A DNA stretch of 64,000 bases from the IMG/VR virus record IMGVR_UViG_3300044655_001909. The stretch is one strand, 5' to 3'. This document shows positions 30,282 through 40,461 of this stretch, in pieces. This DNA comes from an uncultured virus (IMG/VR IMGVR_UViG_3300044655_001909). Its lineage: Duplodnaviria; Heunggongvirae; Uroviricota; Caudoviricetes. The position numbers were made by a program, and so were the translations under genes. Position 1 is the stretch's first letter; every line of letters starts with the position of its first letter. The notes under the pieces are model-generated. The model did no database searches and was not told the origin of the DNA. It worked only from the letters and a program-made list of their open reading frames with translations.

Positions 30282-31575
30282 ATTTTACATATTTTTCACA
30301 CGCTAAAGTTACTATACGTGACATTCTTTTTTTATACTTTTGTATTCTTCTACTTATATCTTTTTCAAAGAATTTTATTACTTTTTCTATTTCTAACTTT
30401 TCTCTATCAGTAAATAACTTAAACCTAATTTTTATATTTTTCTTTATGTCTGCAGCCAAGTAACTAAGAAAATCTAAATAAGGATTTTTAAAAGTTTTTC
30501 TTGAATGTTCTGAAATAATATAATTAAATACAACTTTTAATTCACCTTCATCAACAAACCTATCAAAAGTAAAATCATAGTCACTTGCCACAGTATACCA
30601 ACTAAATGTAGGATCTCCAGCCCATTTTTTATAATCAAAAAATAGTTCTCTTATTTCATTTGTAGTAAAATCTTTATTCTGTTTTGATAAAAATATATCA
30701 AACGATTTATAAAAAGATGTATATTTAGACTGAAACTCATTCTCATCATAGATATAAAAAATATGCTCTAATAATTCTAAAGTTCTTTTACTAACTTTTT
30801 TCTCATCACTATTAGATATAGATCTTTGCATTCTATCATAAATATTTTTAGTTTTACCTTTCTTTCTTAAATAATAATCTAAATGTTTAACTTCATGTAA
30901 TAATGTAGATTCATCCTCTCTATTTTTTAAATGTATCTCTAAATCACCTATGTAGGTAGGAGATCCTGTAAAAAAACCTTCTGAACTTATCTTTGAGTCA
31001 ATAACTAATTTGAAAAAGTAATTACCTAAATCACATTGATAAAGTAATTTAAACGTCTTAGAAATAGGTCTTTCTCTAATAGTTTTCATATAACCTTCAA
31101 CTTGTTGTTCCATGTTTTGAATTATACCTAATCTCTCATCAATTTTTTTTGGTGTTGAATTTACTTTTTTTACCGTTATTTGAAATTCTGTTACTTTTTT
31201 TAGTTCACCAAGATAATTTAGGTTTGTACTATCTTCAAAAGAAGCAGATAAGTTCGAGTTTTCATTATAAACTTCATATTTTACTTCAACATCACCCCAT
31301 TGTTTTTTCAAATAATCAACTGCTGTTAAAAAACGATCTATATAATCTTCTGAAATAAAGAACTCTTTCTTTATCGTCCACTCACCAATTCTATTAGTAG
31401 AATCTTGAACATGTATTTCTAAGCCAATTGGGTTTGGAAGACCACCACCTAACCAATCTATAGCAACTTCTAATCCATCATCATATAAATCAACTAGTAT
31501 ACCTTCAATGTTATCTTCAATCTCTTGTTTATCGAGACCTTTAAATCTACCCTCAAACGTTTTTAAATACTTCAT
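30280..31575 (-). CDS. Leader + LxDDG domain + HExxH zincin-like domain
   Basis: MKYLKTFEG; LVDLYDDGL; TLLHEVKH with downstream DENE. Confidence 0.7.
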   Translation of the reverse strand: MKYLKTFEGRFKGLDKQEIEDNIEGILVDLYDDGLEVAIDWLGGGLPNPIGLEIHVQDSTNRIGEWTIKKEFFISEDYIDRFLTAVDYLKKQWGDVEVKYEVYNENSNLSASFEDSTNLNYLGELKKVTEFQITVKKVNSTPKKIDERLGIIQNMEQQVEGYMKTIRERPISKTFKLLYQCDLGNYFFKLVIDSKISSEGFFTGSPTYIGDLEIHLKNREDESTLLHEVKHLDYYLRKKGKTKNIYDRMQRSISNSDEKKVSKRTLELLEHIFYIYDENEFQSKYTSFYKSFDIFLSKQNKDFTTNEIRELFFDYKKWAGDPTFSWYTVASDYDFTFDRFVDEGELKVVFNYIISEHSRKTFKNPYLDFLSYLAADIKKNIKIRFKLFTDREKLEIEKVIKFFEKDISRRIQKYKKRMSRIVTLACEKYVK

Positions 31576-31622
31576 AACTTATATATTATTTTAGGAATAC
31601 CTTTTCTTTGAATATATAGTTC

Positions 31623-34600
31623 ATGGGATTATCAGCACAGTATCCGTATTATGGACCACTCGGTAGTGGAAACTACAATGTATCATTAGCTTTCTTTGGA
31701 CCTCTTAGTGAGGCATCCAAGTCAATTGGACTAAACTCTTCAACAGGTTTGGTACTACCAAACACAGATTATATTCAAAAGTTTGCAGAAGGAGATTTAG
31801 GAATCAGTGATTCTTTTATCAAGAATATGTTATTCAAAAATATGAATAGTCCTCTAGCTTCTAAAAATGAAGAAATATTTAAACAATTTGCTAAACAAAA
31901 TAAAATAGACGTTAGTGATATAAGTAAGTTTAAGAAAGGAAATAAGTTTGTAATACCAAAAGATCAAATTAAAATACCAGAAGAGTTTAGTATGACTGGG
32001 TTTAAAGCATTTGAGAAAACTACTTTACAATCTATCTTTGACACACAAAAACCATTTATGGAAATTGTCGGTGTTGCCATTGGTTCTGTTGCTAAGGCAG
32101 AAGATGTTATTGCAAGAGTGATGCCTTTCTTTGGTGATCCTTTAACGGTTAAGTCAAGAAAGCCTAAAGGTAATGCAGGTTCTGGAAAATCGAGACCTAA
32201 AGCAATTGGATATAAAGGTGCTGCAGAGACAAAAGAAAAGTTACAGAAACTTAATTCAATTCAAGCAAGTACTAAACCAAAAGAAACTAAACCACAAAAT
32301 GCAGCCAGTTCAAATCCTAATGATATTGGTTTAGATATTAAAAATCAAAACACAAATACAAGTGGATTTAATAGTCAAAGTTGGAAAGTTATTTCTACCG
32401 TTTATTCAACGGGAACATTTGAACCGAATGTTGACTATACTTATACTTATATAAACTTACCTGCAGATGAACCTTTACCGGAAGTTGATCCAGTACAAAT
32501 TGAAGATACTGATCCTTATGATAATTATAAACCAAAGTCAATGATTTTTGGTATTTATAATTCTAAAGGAGAAGCAATTGACCCTAGTGAATATTTAAAA
32601 ACTATTGGTTTAAAAGGTAATGATAGAACTGAAGAAGTAACACCATTTAAAAGAGCAGATTGGATTTTAAGATCACCAAAGTGGAAACTACCACAAGGAG
32701 TAATAGAATGGCCTAACTTTGGTACACCTAATTATGTTTGGGTAAATCCATTTGGTGGAACAAGAGTTAGTAAAAGGAATCCAGGTACTGGTTACTCAGT
32801 TAAGAGATATAGAGCAGGTGATAAAAATATTCTAACGGGAAACCCGGCAATACCGAAAGATCCTGTAATACAAAGTTTTGATGCAGTTGAATCTGAAAGT
32901 CATAAGAAATACTATAATGACTTAATTGATATTGGTTTAAATGGTACTGATCTTTCTAAAGAAGAAAAAGTACAAACTAATAAAGATATAAATGAACGTT
33001 TAGATATAAAACCTCAAATAGAGTTATCTTTTTTATATGGACATAGTAAAGCATCAATTTATAAGAAAGTAAATAATAAAATTGCTTTCCCTGAAGAGAT
33101 GAAGAAATCTTATAAACCTTATCAAATATTTGTACCTGATGCAGCAAAAGATCCAGAATTGGCTAAATTAGCAGTACAAAGGGGTACTAAGGCAGGTATG
33201 ATTTGGATTGATCCAGAAGCAGATTACGATATGAAAGTAATTCGTGTTGATCCAGTTACTTCTATTGAGTATTTAGATGCAGTGGGTGAACCTGAAGTAA
33301 GAACAAGTATTAGAAAGTTTGTTAAGAATAGAACTAAATTTTCTTTTTCTAATGGTGCAACTTTTAGTTTAAGTATATCAAAGAATGGTGCTGATACTCA
33401 AACATTTGAAAATATAGGTGATTATACATTTGAGAATTGGAACTATGAAAATAATACAATTAAAAATACAAATAAGTTTAATATAAGTGTTTGGTCTGAT
33501 GTAGCACCCGCTAAATTTACTAGAAATCACTACCAATGGACAGTTGATAGACCACCAAAAAAGATATTGGGGATTGATGGTGCGTCAATATCACAAACAC
33601 AACCACCTGATAGATATAGTATTACTAAAATAAATGGTATTTGGCGTTATTCATCAACTGCAGATAATTATATTAGAAATGGTGTGAATTATTTAGGTGA
33701 TACAAAGGCAGCAATTTATTCAGAGGATGGTATAATTAAAAGATGGTATTATATTTATGATGAAGAATTTAAAGGACCTAATACTGGTAGAAATCTACCA
33801 CCATTTGGTATAGAAAGAAATATTATCATAAATTATGAAAAAGATACTATTGATTTTAAAGATAAAACAATACCTATTTGGGGATTAAAGATTGATGATA
33901 GATATAGTAATTCTAAAATTATTGATCCATCTCAAGTTACTAATAACTTTTTAACAACAGCCGATTTATTTATTAAAGAAGACTGGTATGGACACGGAGC
34001 ACCTGATGATCCACAAACATTAGGTATAATAAAAAGATATGCTTTAACTGATTTAGATGAGGAATCATACTATATTGTAGAAGGTATATTAAAAATAGAT
34101 AACGAATTTGACACTGATGATAATGGCAAAAGATTAAACAATGGTCGTGGTAAAGGTGGTGGCGGTGGTTGGTACAGACTACCTCACGCGATTGGTGCTT
34201 GTGGAGTATTTATTAGATTACTTATTGATATAGGAGTTAAATTACTTCCTAAGATTAGTAAGTTGATGACACTCTTTCAAAATCCAGCAAAGTTTGTAAC
34301 AGATATAATGTCTGAAAAACTAAGTAAAAACTTTGAGTTTTTAACACCTGATGCCATATCAACATTTCAAAAGGCAGGACAATTAAAAAGTCAAATTTCT
34401 GGACAATTTAGTGGAATAGAAGATATAAATAAACAAATTGATTCCATTAGAGTTGATGCAAGTAGAACCGCAGGTAAAATCTTAGGTGAATCTTCTAATA
34501 AGAGTTATTTAGAGTTTACACAAGCACAGAAAATGGCAACAGATGTACAAAAGAAAGCAGAAGAGAATGTTAAAAGTTTACAAAAAGTAGTAGATAAAAA

Positions 34601-36068
34601 GAAAGAATTGGCAAATAAACTAACTAACTTTTATAAAAACTCAATACTAGCTAACTATGCTTATTTAGATGAAAGCAACCTTTCTACTATATTTACATTA
34701 GATGGTGCTGCAACAATTCCGTTAACGGTACTTGGTAAGAAATTAAACTTTGGTATGGCAATGAATATGGCAGATGTTCCTAAAAAACCACCATTGAAGT
34801 TAATTTTCCCAGATACAAAAGGTATTTTTAAAAATGTTCGATATTTAATGGATAATGCAAAACCAACCGCTAAGAATACAAATCAACCATTTAATACCGT
34901 TAAAAAACAAGAGATAACTGATTTAAAAACTCCTGTTCAAAGTCAGTTGTCTGCATTAGATAAACAACCACCATTTAAGAATCAAACAATTAATCCTAAT
35001 GAAGATGTTAATAAAGTTCAGATAAAGTTTGAGGATGGTTCAGTAACATATATTCCTAAAGATTCGGTACAGACTTTTGTTTTAACTAATCAGAATAAGT
35101 ATAACTTTATTTATGTTACTGAAGAATTAAATACAACTCTTGCTGATGTAGATGAGTTGTTACAAAGTGGTACACAAGAAGACTTAGATAAAGCAAGTGA
35201 AAAATTAGACGAAGCTAAGAAAAACTTTCCTAATGATTCAGTTATTGATGATAAAAAGAAAGAGTTAAACGAAAAGAATAATGATCTTGCAAAAAATATA
35301 CAACCTTTATTAAAAGCAATTTTAGGTATAACAACCTTTCCTATAAAGGTAGTTGCAGATATAATAAAGTGGATGTTTGACTTCTTTAAGAGTTTAACAA
35401 ATCCTATGACATTGGCTAGTAAAATGAAAGAGTTTTTATCTTTTCAATGGATTCTTAAATTTTTCACACCAACTGGTATCTTAGATATATTTGGAGTTAA
35501 GTTTAACCCGCTTACTTTAATACCTTATGCTGCAATTGCTGCGTCTGCTAAAGGTAAGTTTAATGTTGGAAAACCACCTGTCGCAGATTTAAGTAAGTAT
35601 ATAAGTCTTAATATGATTCCACCTTTACCAAATTATACTCCTGATCAATATAAGGATTTATTAAAAGGTATACAACCACTCAGACTATTAGTAATCTTTC
35701 AAATGTTACAAAAGTTTATTAATGGTGTTATCGATTTTATTTGGTCTTTATTTGGTATTGAAGCTTTAATTAAAGCACCACACATAAAAATAGTACCTGA
35801 AGATACTACAAGTATGTCACCTGAAGACATTAAAAAGGTTTTAGATGGTATTGAACCAAAAGGTGCGACAAGTAGTAATGGTAATAACATACCAAATCCA
35901 ATTACTGGTTCAAATACAAACGCAGTTGATACTTTAAATCCAGCAGTTCAAGGATTTATGTATGAGGTTAAATTACCAGATGGTACAACAAAGTCATTCT
36001 TGAATAGAGAAGACTTAGATATTTTCATTGAACAGAATAAAGAACTTAATTATGAGTTTACATTTTAA
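31623..36068 (+). CDS. Very large hypothetical protein (1481 aa), probably virion/baseplate associated
   Basis: AATATATAG upstream; Pro/Gly-rich N-terminal half, coiled-coil and amphipathic C-terminal half. Confidence 0.6.
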   Translation: MGLSAQYPYYGPLGSGNYNVSLAFFGPLSEASKSIGLNSSTGLVLPNTDYIQKFAEGDLGISDSFIKNMLFKNMNSPLASKNEEIFKQFAKQNKIDVSDISKFKKGNKFVIPKDQIKIPEEFSMTGFKAFEKTTLQSIFDTQKPFMEIVGVAIGSVAKAEDVIARVMPFFGDPLTVKSRKPKGNAGSGKSRPKAIGYKGAAETKEKLQKLNSIQASTKPKETKPQNAASSNPNDIGLDIKNQNTNTSGFNSQSWKVISTVYSTGTFEPNVDYTYTYINLPADEPLPEVDPVQIEDTDPYDNYKPKSMIFGIYNSKGEAIDPSEYLKTIGLKGNDRTEEVTPFKRADWILRSPKWKLPQGVIEWPNFGTPNYVWVNPFGGTRVSKRNPGTGYSVKRYRAGDKNILTGNPAIPKDPVIQSFDAVESESHKKYYNDLIDIGLNGTDLSKEEKVQTNKDINERLDIKPQIELSFLYGHSKASIYKKVNNKIAFPEEMKKSYKPYQIFVPDAAKDPELAKLAVQRGTKAGMIWIDPEADYDMKVIRVDPVTSIEYLDAVGEPEVRTSIRKFVKNRTKFSFSNGATFSLSISKNGADTQTFENIGDYTFENWNYENNTIKNTNKFNISVWSDVAPAKFTRNHYQWTVDRPPKKILGIDGASISQTQPPDRYSITKINGIWRYSSTADNYIRNGVNYLGDTKAAIYSEDGIIKRWYYIYDEEFKGPNTGRNLPPFGIERNIIINYEKDTIDFKDKTIPIWGLKIDDRYSNSKIIDPSQVTNNFLTTADLFIKEDWYGHGAPDDPQTLGIIKRYALTDLDEESYYIVEGILKIDNEFDTDDNGKRLNNGRGKGGGGGWYRLPHAIGACGVFIRLLIDIGVKLLPKISKLMTLFQNPAKFVTDIMSEKLSKNFEFLTPDAISTFQKAGQLKSQISGQFSGIEDINKQIDSIRVDASRTAGKILGESSNKSYLEFTQAQKMATDVQKKAEENVKSLQKVVDKKKELANKLTNFYKNSILANYAYLDESNLSTIFTLDGAATIPLTVLGKKLNFGMAMNMADVPKKPPLKLIFPDTKGIFKNVRYLMDNAKPTAKNTNQPFNTVKKQEITDLKTPVQSQLSALDKQPPFKNQTINPNEDVNKVQIKFEDGSVTYIPKDSVQTFVLTNQNKYNFIYVTEELNTTLADVDELLQSGTQEDLDKASEKLDEAKKNFPNDSVIDDKKKELNEKNNDLAKNIQPLLKAILGITTFPIKVVADIIKWMFDFFKSLTNPMTLASKMKEFLSFQWILKFFTPTGILDIFGVKFNPLTLIPYAAIAASAKGKFNVGKPPVADLSKYISLNMIPPLPNYTPDQYKDLLKGIQPLRLLVIFQMLQKFINGVIDFIWSLFGIEALIKAPHIKIVPEDTTSMSPEDIKKVLDGIEPKGATSSNGNNIPNPITGSNTNAVDTLNPAVQGFMYEVKLPDGTTKSFLNREDLDIFIEQNKELNYEFTF

Positions 36069-36092
36069 ACTATTTTAGTAAATCACATATAA
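36067..36092 (+). promoter_or_regulatory. Putative phage promoter AAAC-N17-TATAA
   Basis: AAACTATTTTAGTAAATCACATATAA, 21 nt before ATG 36114. Confidence 0.5.
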
Positions 36093-36113
36093 ATAAAAAT
36101 TAAAATTATAATT

Positions 36114-36479
36114 ATGCCGAAATCTAAAGCAAGAAAGAATCACAAAAGTAAAGTGGCTGCACGTAATGTAGCAGTTAAAAACGAAAGTGCTAGAGTTCAA
36201 AAAGCACAGAAAGAATTCATTATGAATTTGATTAAACAAGAACAGGAAAAAGGTTTATTTGATAATGCTCAAGCAGGACCTATGATGAGTGGACCTATGA
36301 TGAGTGGACCTATGATTGGTGGTGGACCTTTATCTTTTGATGGAGATTTATTAACATTTGATGGACCAACATTTGATGGACCAATTGTAGATAGTGTTAT
36401 TGATGTACCTGTAGTAGATGAGACAGCACCTCAATCAGAGACTGAGGAAACAACTGAGGAAGTAAAAGAAAATAATTAA
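36114..36479 (+). CDS. Basic N-terminal / acidic C-terminal protein with GPMMS and TFDGP repeats
   Basis: ORF translation; 15-nt tandem repeats. Confidence 0.65.
   Translation: MPKSKARKNHKSKVAARNVAVKNESARVQKAQKEFIMNLIKQEQEKGLFDNAQAGPMMSGPMMSGPMIGGGPLSFDGDLLTFDGPTFDGPIVDSVIDVPVVDETAPQSETEETTEEVKENN
36276..36383 (+). repeat. 15-bp tandem repeats
   Basis: GGACCTATGATGAGT x3 (36276-36320, third degenerate) and ACATTTGATGGACCA x2 (36354-36383). Confidence 0.9.
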
Positions 36480-36691
36480 AAGTTTGTAATTAAAAACAAA
36501 CTAAGAACTACAAAAGCTTTACTTGTAAGTGAAGTACGACCTGTACTATTTCTTTCAACTAGAGCTTTGTTTATTCTTTTTGCTAAGTATTTTCTAACCG
36601 TTTCGGTTCTAGGACAATAGGGTTTTTGTAATTTACATCCTGTAAAATACAAATTCACCATTAGGATAGAATCTAATTCTGCTTTTCTCAT
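36476..36691 (-). CDS. Small hypothetical protein
   Basis: Only ORF filling the gap; no recognisable motif. Confidence 0.4.
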   Translation of the reverse strand: MRKAELDSILMVNLYFTGCKLQKPYCPRTETVRKYLAKRINKALVERNSTGRTSLTSKAFVVLSLFLITNF

Positions 36692-36753
36692 AAAAATGTA
36701 ATAGTTTATAGTTTATATTATAATCTATATATAAAAAGAAAAAACCATTTTTT

Positions 36754-37836
36754 ATGAAATCCGTAAAAAAAAATACAAAACTATCAATAAATATAAGCAA
36801 TGAGGGAGATGATAACAACTTTCTTTATTGTTGGAATATATTTGAGAATAGACCAAACAAAATAAAAATCTATCAAAACTACTCAAAAAATCATTTTAAT
36901 GAGGTTATTGATAAATATACATTAGAAAAAAGTTTCTCAAGTGAGGTAATTCCTGCAGATGACTTTGACATTATCAATGATGTTTACTTTATTAAAGTAT
37001 CTGAAACTATTTATATTTCCTATATTTTATTAGATAGAGAAAGTGATTCATCATTCATACACGAAATAAGTTTCTACTTTAAAAGTTATCAAGATGATTC
37101 AAAATTAGTTGATGAAATAACAAATGCCCTAATAGATTGTCAAGTTGACTTTGAAGATGAAGAAGAAACTTGTAGTAAACTAAATACAATCTATATTGCA
37201 CCAACTGGTTTAGAAATTGAACCAATCTCAAGAGTCAATTTAGATGATAATATAGAACTTTTCTTTAATGAGAAAACATTAAAGTCAGTTAATAAATTAT
37301 GTAAGACAATTAAAAAATCTGATAAAGGATTAAGTATTATTTATGGTGAAAGAGGTACTGGTAAAACTAGTATCGTTAGTTATATCACTGATAAAGTTGA
37401 TAGAATGGTTATTTATATACCAAATAGTTTATTAGAAGCTACTTTAAATAACTCAGAGTTTAGAAGTTTTTTAAGAAAATTTCATAGACCAATCATTGTT
37501 ATTGACGATTGTGAAATGATTTTCAATGAACTATTTACAAAATCTAATATATACGTTAATAATCTTTTACAAATGGTAGAAGGACTTTTATCAGATTCGA
37601 TACAAGTCAATATTATAACAATTTTTAATGTTGAAGATGAGAGTGAAATTGATCACGCTTTATTGGAATGTAATTCTTTAATAGATGTAATTGAGTTTGA
37701 ATACTTAAATGACGAAGAATCTAATGATCTAAGTAAACACTTAGGACACAATAAGAAATACAAAAACAAAACAAAATTAATTGATATAATTAGGAAGACC
37801 AATAGTAAAGAATATAAAAAAATAGGATTACAATAA
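36754..37836 (+). CDS. AAA+ ATPase-domain protein
   Basis: Walker A GERGTGKT, Walker B IIVIDDCE, IDHALL. Confidence 0.8.
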   Translation: MKSVKKNTKLSINISNEGDDNNFLYCWNIFENRPNKIKIYQNYSKNHFNEVIDKYTLEKSFSSEVIPADDFDIINDVYFIKVSETIYISYILLDRESDSSFIHEISFYFKSYQDDSKLVDEITNALIDCQVDFEDEEETCSKLNTIYIAPTGLEIEPISRVNLDDNIELFFNEKTLKSVNKLCKTIKKSDKGLSIIYGERGTGKTSIVSYITDKVDRMVIYIPNSLLEATLNNSEFRSFLRKFHRPIIVIDDCEMIFNELFTKSNIYVNNLLQMVEGLLSDSIQVNIITIFNVEDESEIDHALLECNSLIDVIEFEYLNDEESNDLSKHLGHNKKYKNKTKLIDIIRKTNSKEYKKIGLQ

Positions 37837-38183
37837 TGAAAATTTCAGAGTTAAATGATGAAGATGTACTTAACTTTTTAATGACAAGTGAGTTTACGGA
37901 AGGTGATTATTCACCTTCAGAGTTCAGGTATCTTCTTACCAAATGGAGATACTTTCATAGATTCTTTCAAGGTAGAAATGAACAAACTAAAATGAGTTTA
38001 GAAGATTCTATAAAGAATTTAGAAGAACAACTTGAAGCTAAAAATAAGAGTGAGTTTGATTTACAAGTTAAGATTGCAGACAAGGATAACCTAATAAACT
38101 CTTTAAAGAGTAGAAAACTAACGTACAAAGAGCGTTGGTCAGGAAAAATAATATTAACAGAAGATGAAAATAGAAAAGTTTAA
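37836..38183 (+). CDS. Coiled-coil hypothetical protein
   Basis: TAATG-coupled ORF. Confidence 0.6.
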   Translation: MKISELNDEDVLNFLMTSEFTEGDYSPSEFRYLLTKWRYFHRFFQGRNEQTKMSLEDSIKNLEEQLEAKNKSEFDLQVKIADKDNLINSLKSRKLTYKERWSGKIILTEDENRKV

Positions 38184-39255
38184 AGAATTAGAAAAGAAAA
38201 TCAATGGACAAAACTTTAACCAAAGTTATAAAACTATAAATATAGTTTTAACCGTTCTTTCATATTTTGGACATATTGCTTCCATATTTTTGGCGTACTT
38301 TATGTTGACAAAAGTAATTGAAGGAGCAATGACTGGTAACATAGTTATTGCCGGAGTTGCATCAGTTATTTTGTTAGGCGGATTAGAACTTTTGAAGAGG
38401 GACATGTTCGATAAATTTAGTATTTCTTATTTAAAATTAAAAGGAATAACAAAAGAAGTCTTACCACTATTCTTTATAAGTTTAACAATAATAAGTCTTT
38501 CTTTTTATGCGTCTATTAAAGGAGCAAGTGAGTTCTCATCAAAAAGTGCTGAGATTGAAGTAAAAGGTAAAGAAACTATCAAAACATATAACGATAGTTT
38601 AACTAAAGTTTATGGTGATGAAATTAAAGGATTAGAAGATTCATTCAAATCTAAAGATGAAACATTAACAAACTTACAAAATTTAGCTTTAACACAAAGA
38701 TTGTCTAAAGATCAAAGAACAACTATCTCTGATTTAAGTACACAAAAGAAAGAAATACAACAACAAGTTACCGATAAGAAAACAGAATTGGCAACTAAAA
38801 TAAAAGAACATGAAACTGGTATAACAACTGAAGCAGCAAGTAAGAAAGAAGATAATAGTAAAAATTCATTAATGTTCATTATTATATCTACTTTAATTGA
38901 ATTAACAATTCTTGCCGGTGTATTCTTTAATGAATACTATAAGTTTAGAAGTTACAATGAGTTTAGAGATAAAATAGAAAAAGATCCTAACTACCAAAAG
39001 TGGTTACTATACGAGGAAATGTTACAAGTTATCTTTACAGAAGATACTAAGATCAATCAAAAATTACCTTCTAACAAATCTATAATTGATATGTGTAAAG
39101 CCTCAGACATTATTGTACTTCCAAAAGATGTTATTAACTTTGTAAAAGTAATGGCAAATCTTAACATCATAAGAGTAAGTGGTTCTGCTAAATACTTTGG
39201 TAAACAAAGAGATATGGCTTTTGAAACATTAAGAAAACACTTTAATATAGAGTAA
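38164..39255 (+). CDS. Membrane protein (about 4 TM) with a long coiled coil
   Basis: Hydrophobic segments flanking a coiled-coil region. Confidence 0.7.
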   Translation: MKIEKFKELEKKINGQNFNQSYKTINIVLTVLSYFGHIASIFLAYFMLTKVIEGAMTGNIVIAGVASVILLGGLELLKRDMFDKFSISYLKLKGITKEVLPLFFISLTIISLSFYASIKGASEFSSKSAEIEVKGKETIKTYNDSLTKVYGDEIKGLEDSFKSKDETLTNLQNLALTQRLSKDQRTTISDLSTQKKEIQQQVTDKKTELATKIKEHETGITTEAASKKEDNSKNSLMFIIISTLIELTILAGVFFNEYYKFRSYNEFRDKIEKDPNYQKWLLYEEMLQVIFTEDTKINQKLPSNKSIIDMCKASDIIVLPKDVINFVKVMANLNIIRVSGSAKYFGKQRDMAFETLRKHFNIE

Positions 39256-40106
39256 TGATAGAAACTCCATTTAACTATACGGGAAGCAAATTTAAACTTC
39301 TAGAACAACTACTACCTGAGTTTGACAAAACAAAATCAACATTTGTTGATGTCTTCACAGGTGGTGGTTCTGTTTATACTAATGTTTTAGATAAATATGA
39401 AAAAGTAATAGTAAATGATATAATCACTGACCTAATTGGAATACACAAAGGTTTACTTTATTCTGATGAAATAATAACTAAAACTAAAGAATTATGTCCT
39501 GGTAAAAGCAATCCTGAAGGTTTTGGGACACTTAGAAGTAATTATAATGATAATCCTTCACCAGAGGGATTATGGGCTCTTATGTTATCGTGTACTAACA
39601 ATATGATGAGATTCAATCAAAAGTTTAAATTCAATCAAACTTATGGTGATCGTGGGTTTTCGGATGCAACACAAAGAAAAGTAAATAATTTCACCAAACA
39701 TATTAGGAAGTTCAAAGATAATTTATTACATTTATCTACACCATTTGAAAACATTGAAGTTCAATCTGATATGATGGTTTATTTAGATCCACCATATGGT
39801 AGAATTAAAAATGAAGATGGTTCAATTGGGAAGAAACAAATCTCAGAAGCAGGTTACAACGCTTTTTGGAAACAAGAAGATGATATGAAACTTTATGATT
39901 TTATTAAGAAGATTGATTCAGTTGGTGCTTCGTTTATGGTATCTGGAGTTCTTTATCACGATGGTAAAACTTGTTGGATGTTAGATAAGCTAATTGCGGA
40001 CGGTTTTAAATGGAAAGAGATTGAATACGATTACAACAAAGTATCGAGAAAAGGAAATAAAGAAACAACAGAAATAATAATTACAAATTATGTGGAACAA
40101 AATTAA
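39255..40106 (+). CDS. dam: DNA adenine methyltransferase (Dam/D12 class)
   Basis: PFNYTGSK, DVFTGGGSV, VND, YLDPPY, EIIITNY. Confidence 0.9.
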   Translation: MIETPFNYTGSKFKLLEQLLPEFDKTKSTFVDVFTGGGSVYTNVLDKYEKVIVNDIITDLIGIHKGLLYSDEIITKTKELCPGKSNPEGFGTLRSNYNDNPSPEGLWALMLSCTNNMMRFNQKFKFNQTYGDRGFSDATQRKVNNFTKHIRKFKDNLLHLSTPFENIEVQSDMMVYLDPPYGRIKNEDGSIGKKQISEAGYNAFWKQEDDMKLYDFIKKIDSVGASFMVSGVLYHDGKTCWMLDKLIADGFKWKEIEYDYNKVSRKGNKETTEIIITNYVEQN

Positions 40107-40194
40107 AAGATTTAATTGGACGTTTTTAATAACGTGGACAATAATAATTTTTATTGGTTATAAATTATGGTCATGGGTGCTTTCATTAGTATAA
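40090..40194 (+). CDS. 34-aa single-TM peptide (absent from the ORF track)
   Basis: MWNKIKRFNWTFLITWTIIIFIGYKLWSWVLSLV; overlaps the dam stop and ends just before the terminator. Confidence 0.5.
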   Translation: MWNKIKRFNWTFLITWTIIIFIGYKLWSWVLSLV

Positions 40195-40197
40195 AAC

Positions 40198-40226
40198 AAA
40201 AAGAGAACATTTAGTTCTCTTTTTTT
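40198..40226. terminator. Bidirectional terminator, AGAGAAC/GTTCTCT variant
   Basis: A-run AGAGAAC ATTTA GTTCTCT T-run. Confidence 0.8.
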
Positions 40227-40461
40227 ATTTTTCTTTTCTTATTAATTCTAACTCGTTTAATATTTCATCAATTGCTGATTTAGTTTTTAAGTCATGTTCT
40301 TGCCACCATTTATCTTGAGCTACAGTAGAACCGTCATAATCATCATCAAACTCCATAGTTCTATCTTTGTTATAAGCCATTGTTATAGCATCTTTTAGTT
40401 CTTGTAATGAGAATGTATCTTCATTAGTGAAAGTTTCATTATATTTCTTTAAGTGTTTCAT
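40225..40461 (-). CDS. Small protein with leader MKHLKKYNE
   Basis: Leader motif. Confidence 0.7.
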   Translation of the reverse strand: MKHLKKYNETFTNEDTFSLQELKDAITMAYNKDRTMEFDDDYDGSTVAQDKWWQEHDLKTKSAIDEILNELELIRKEK

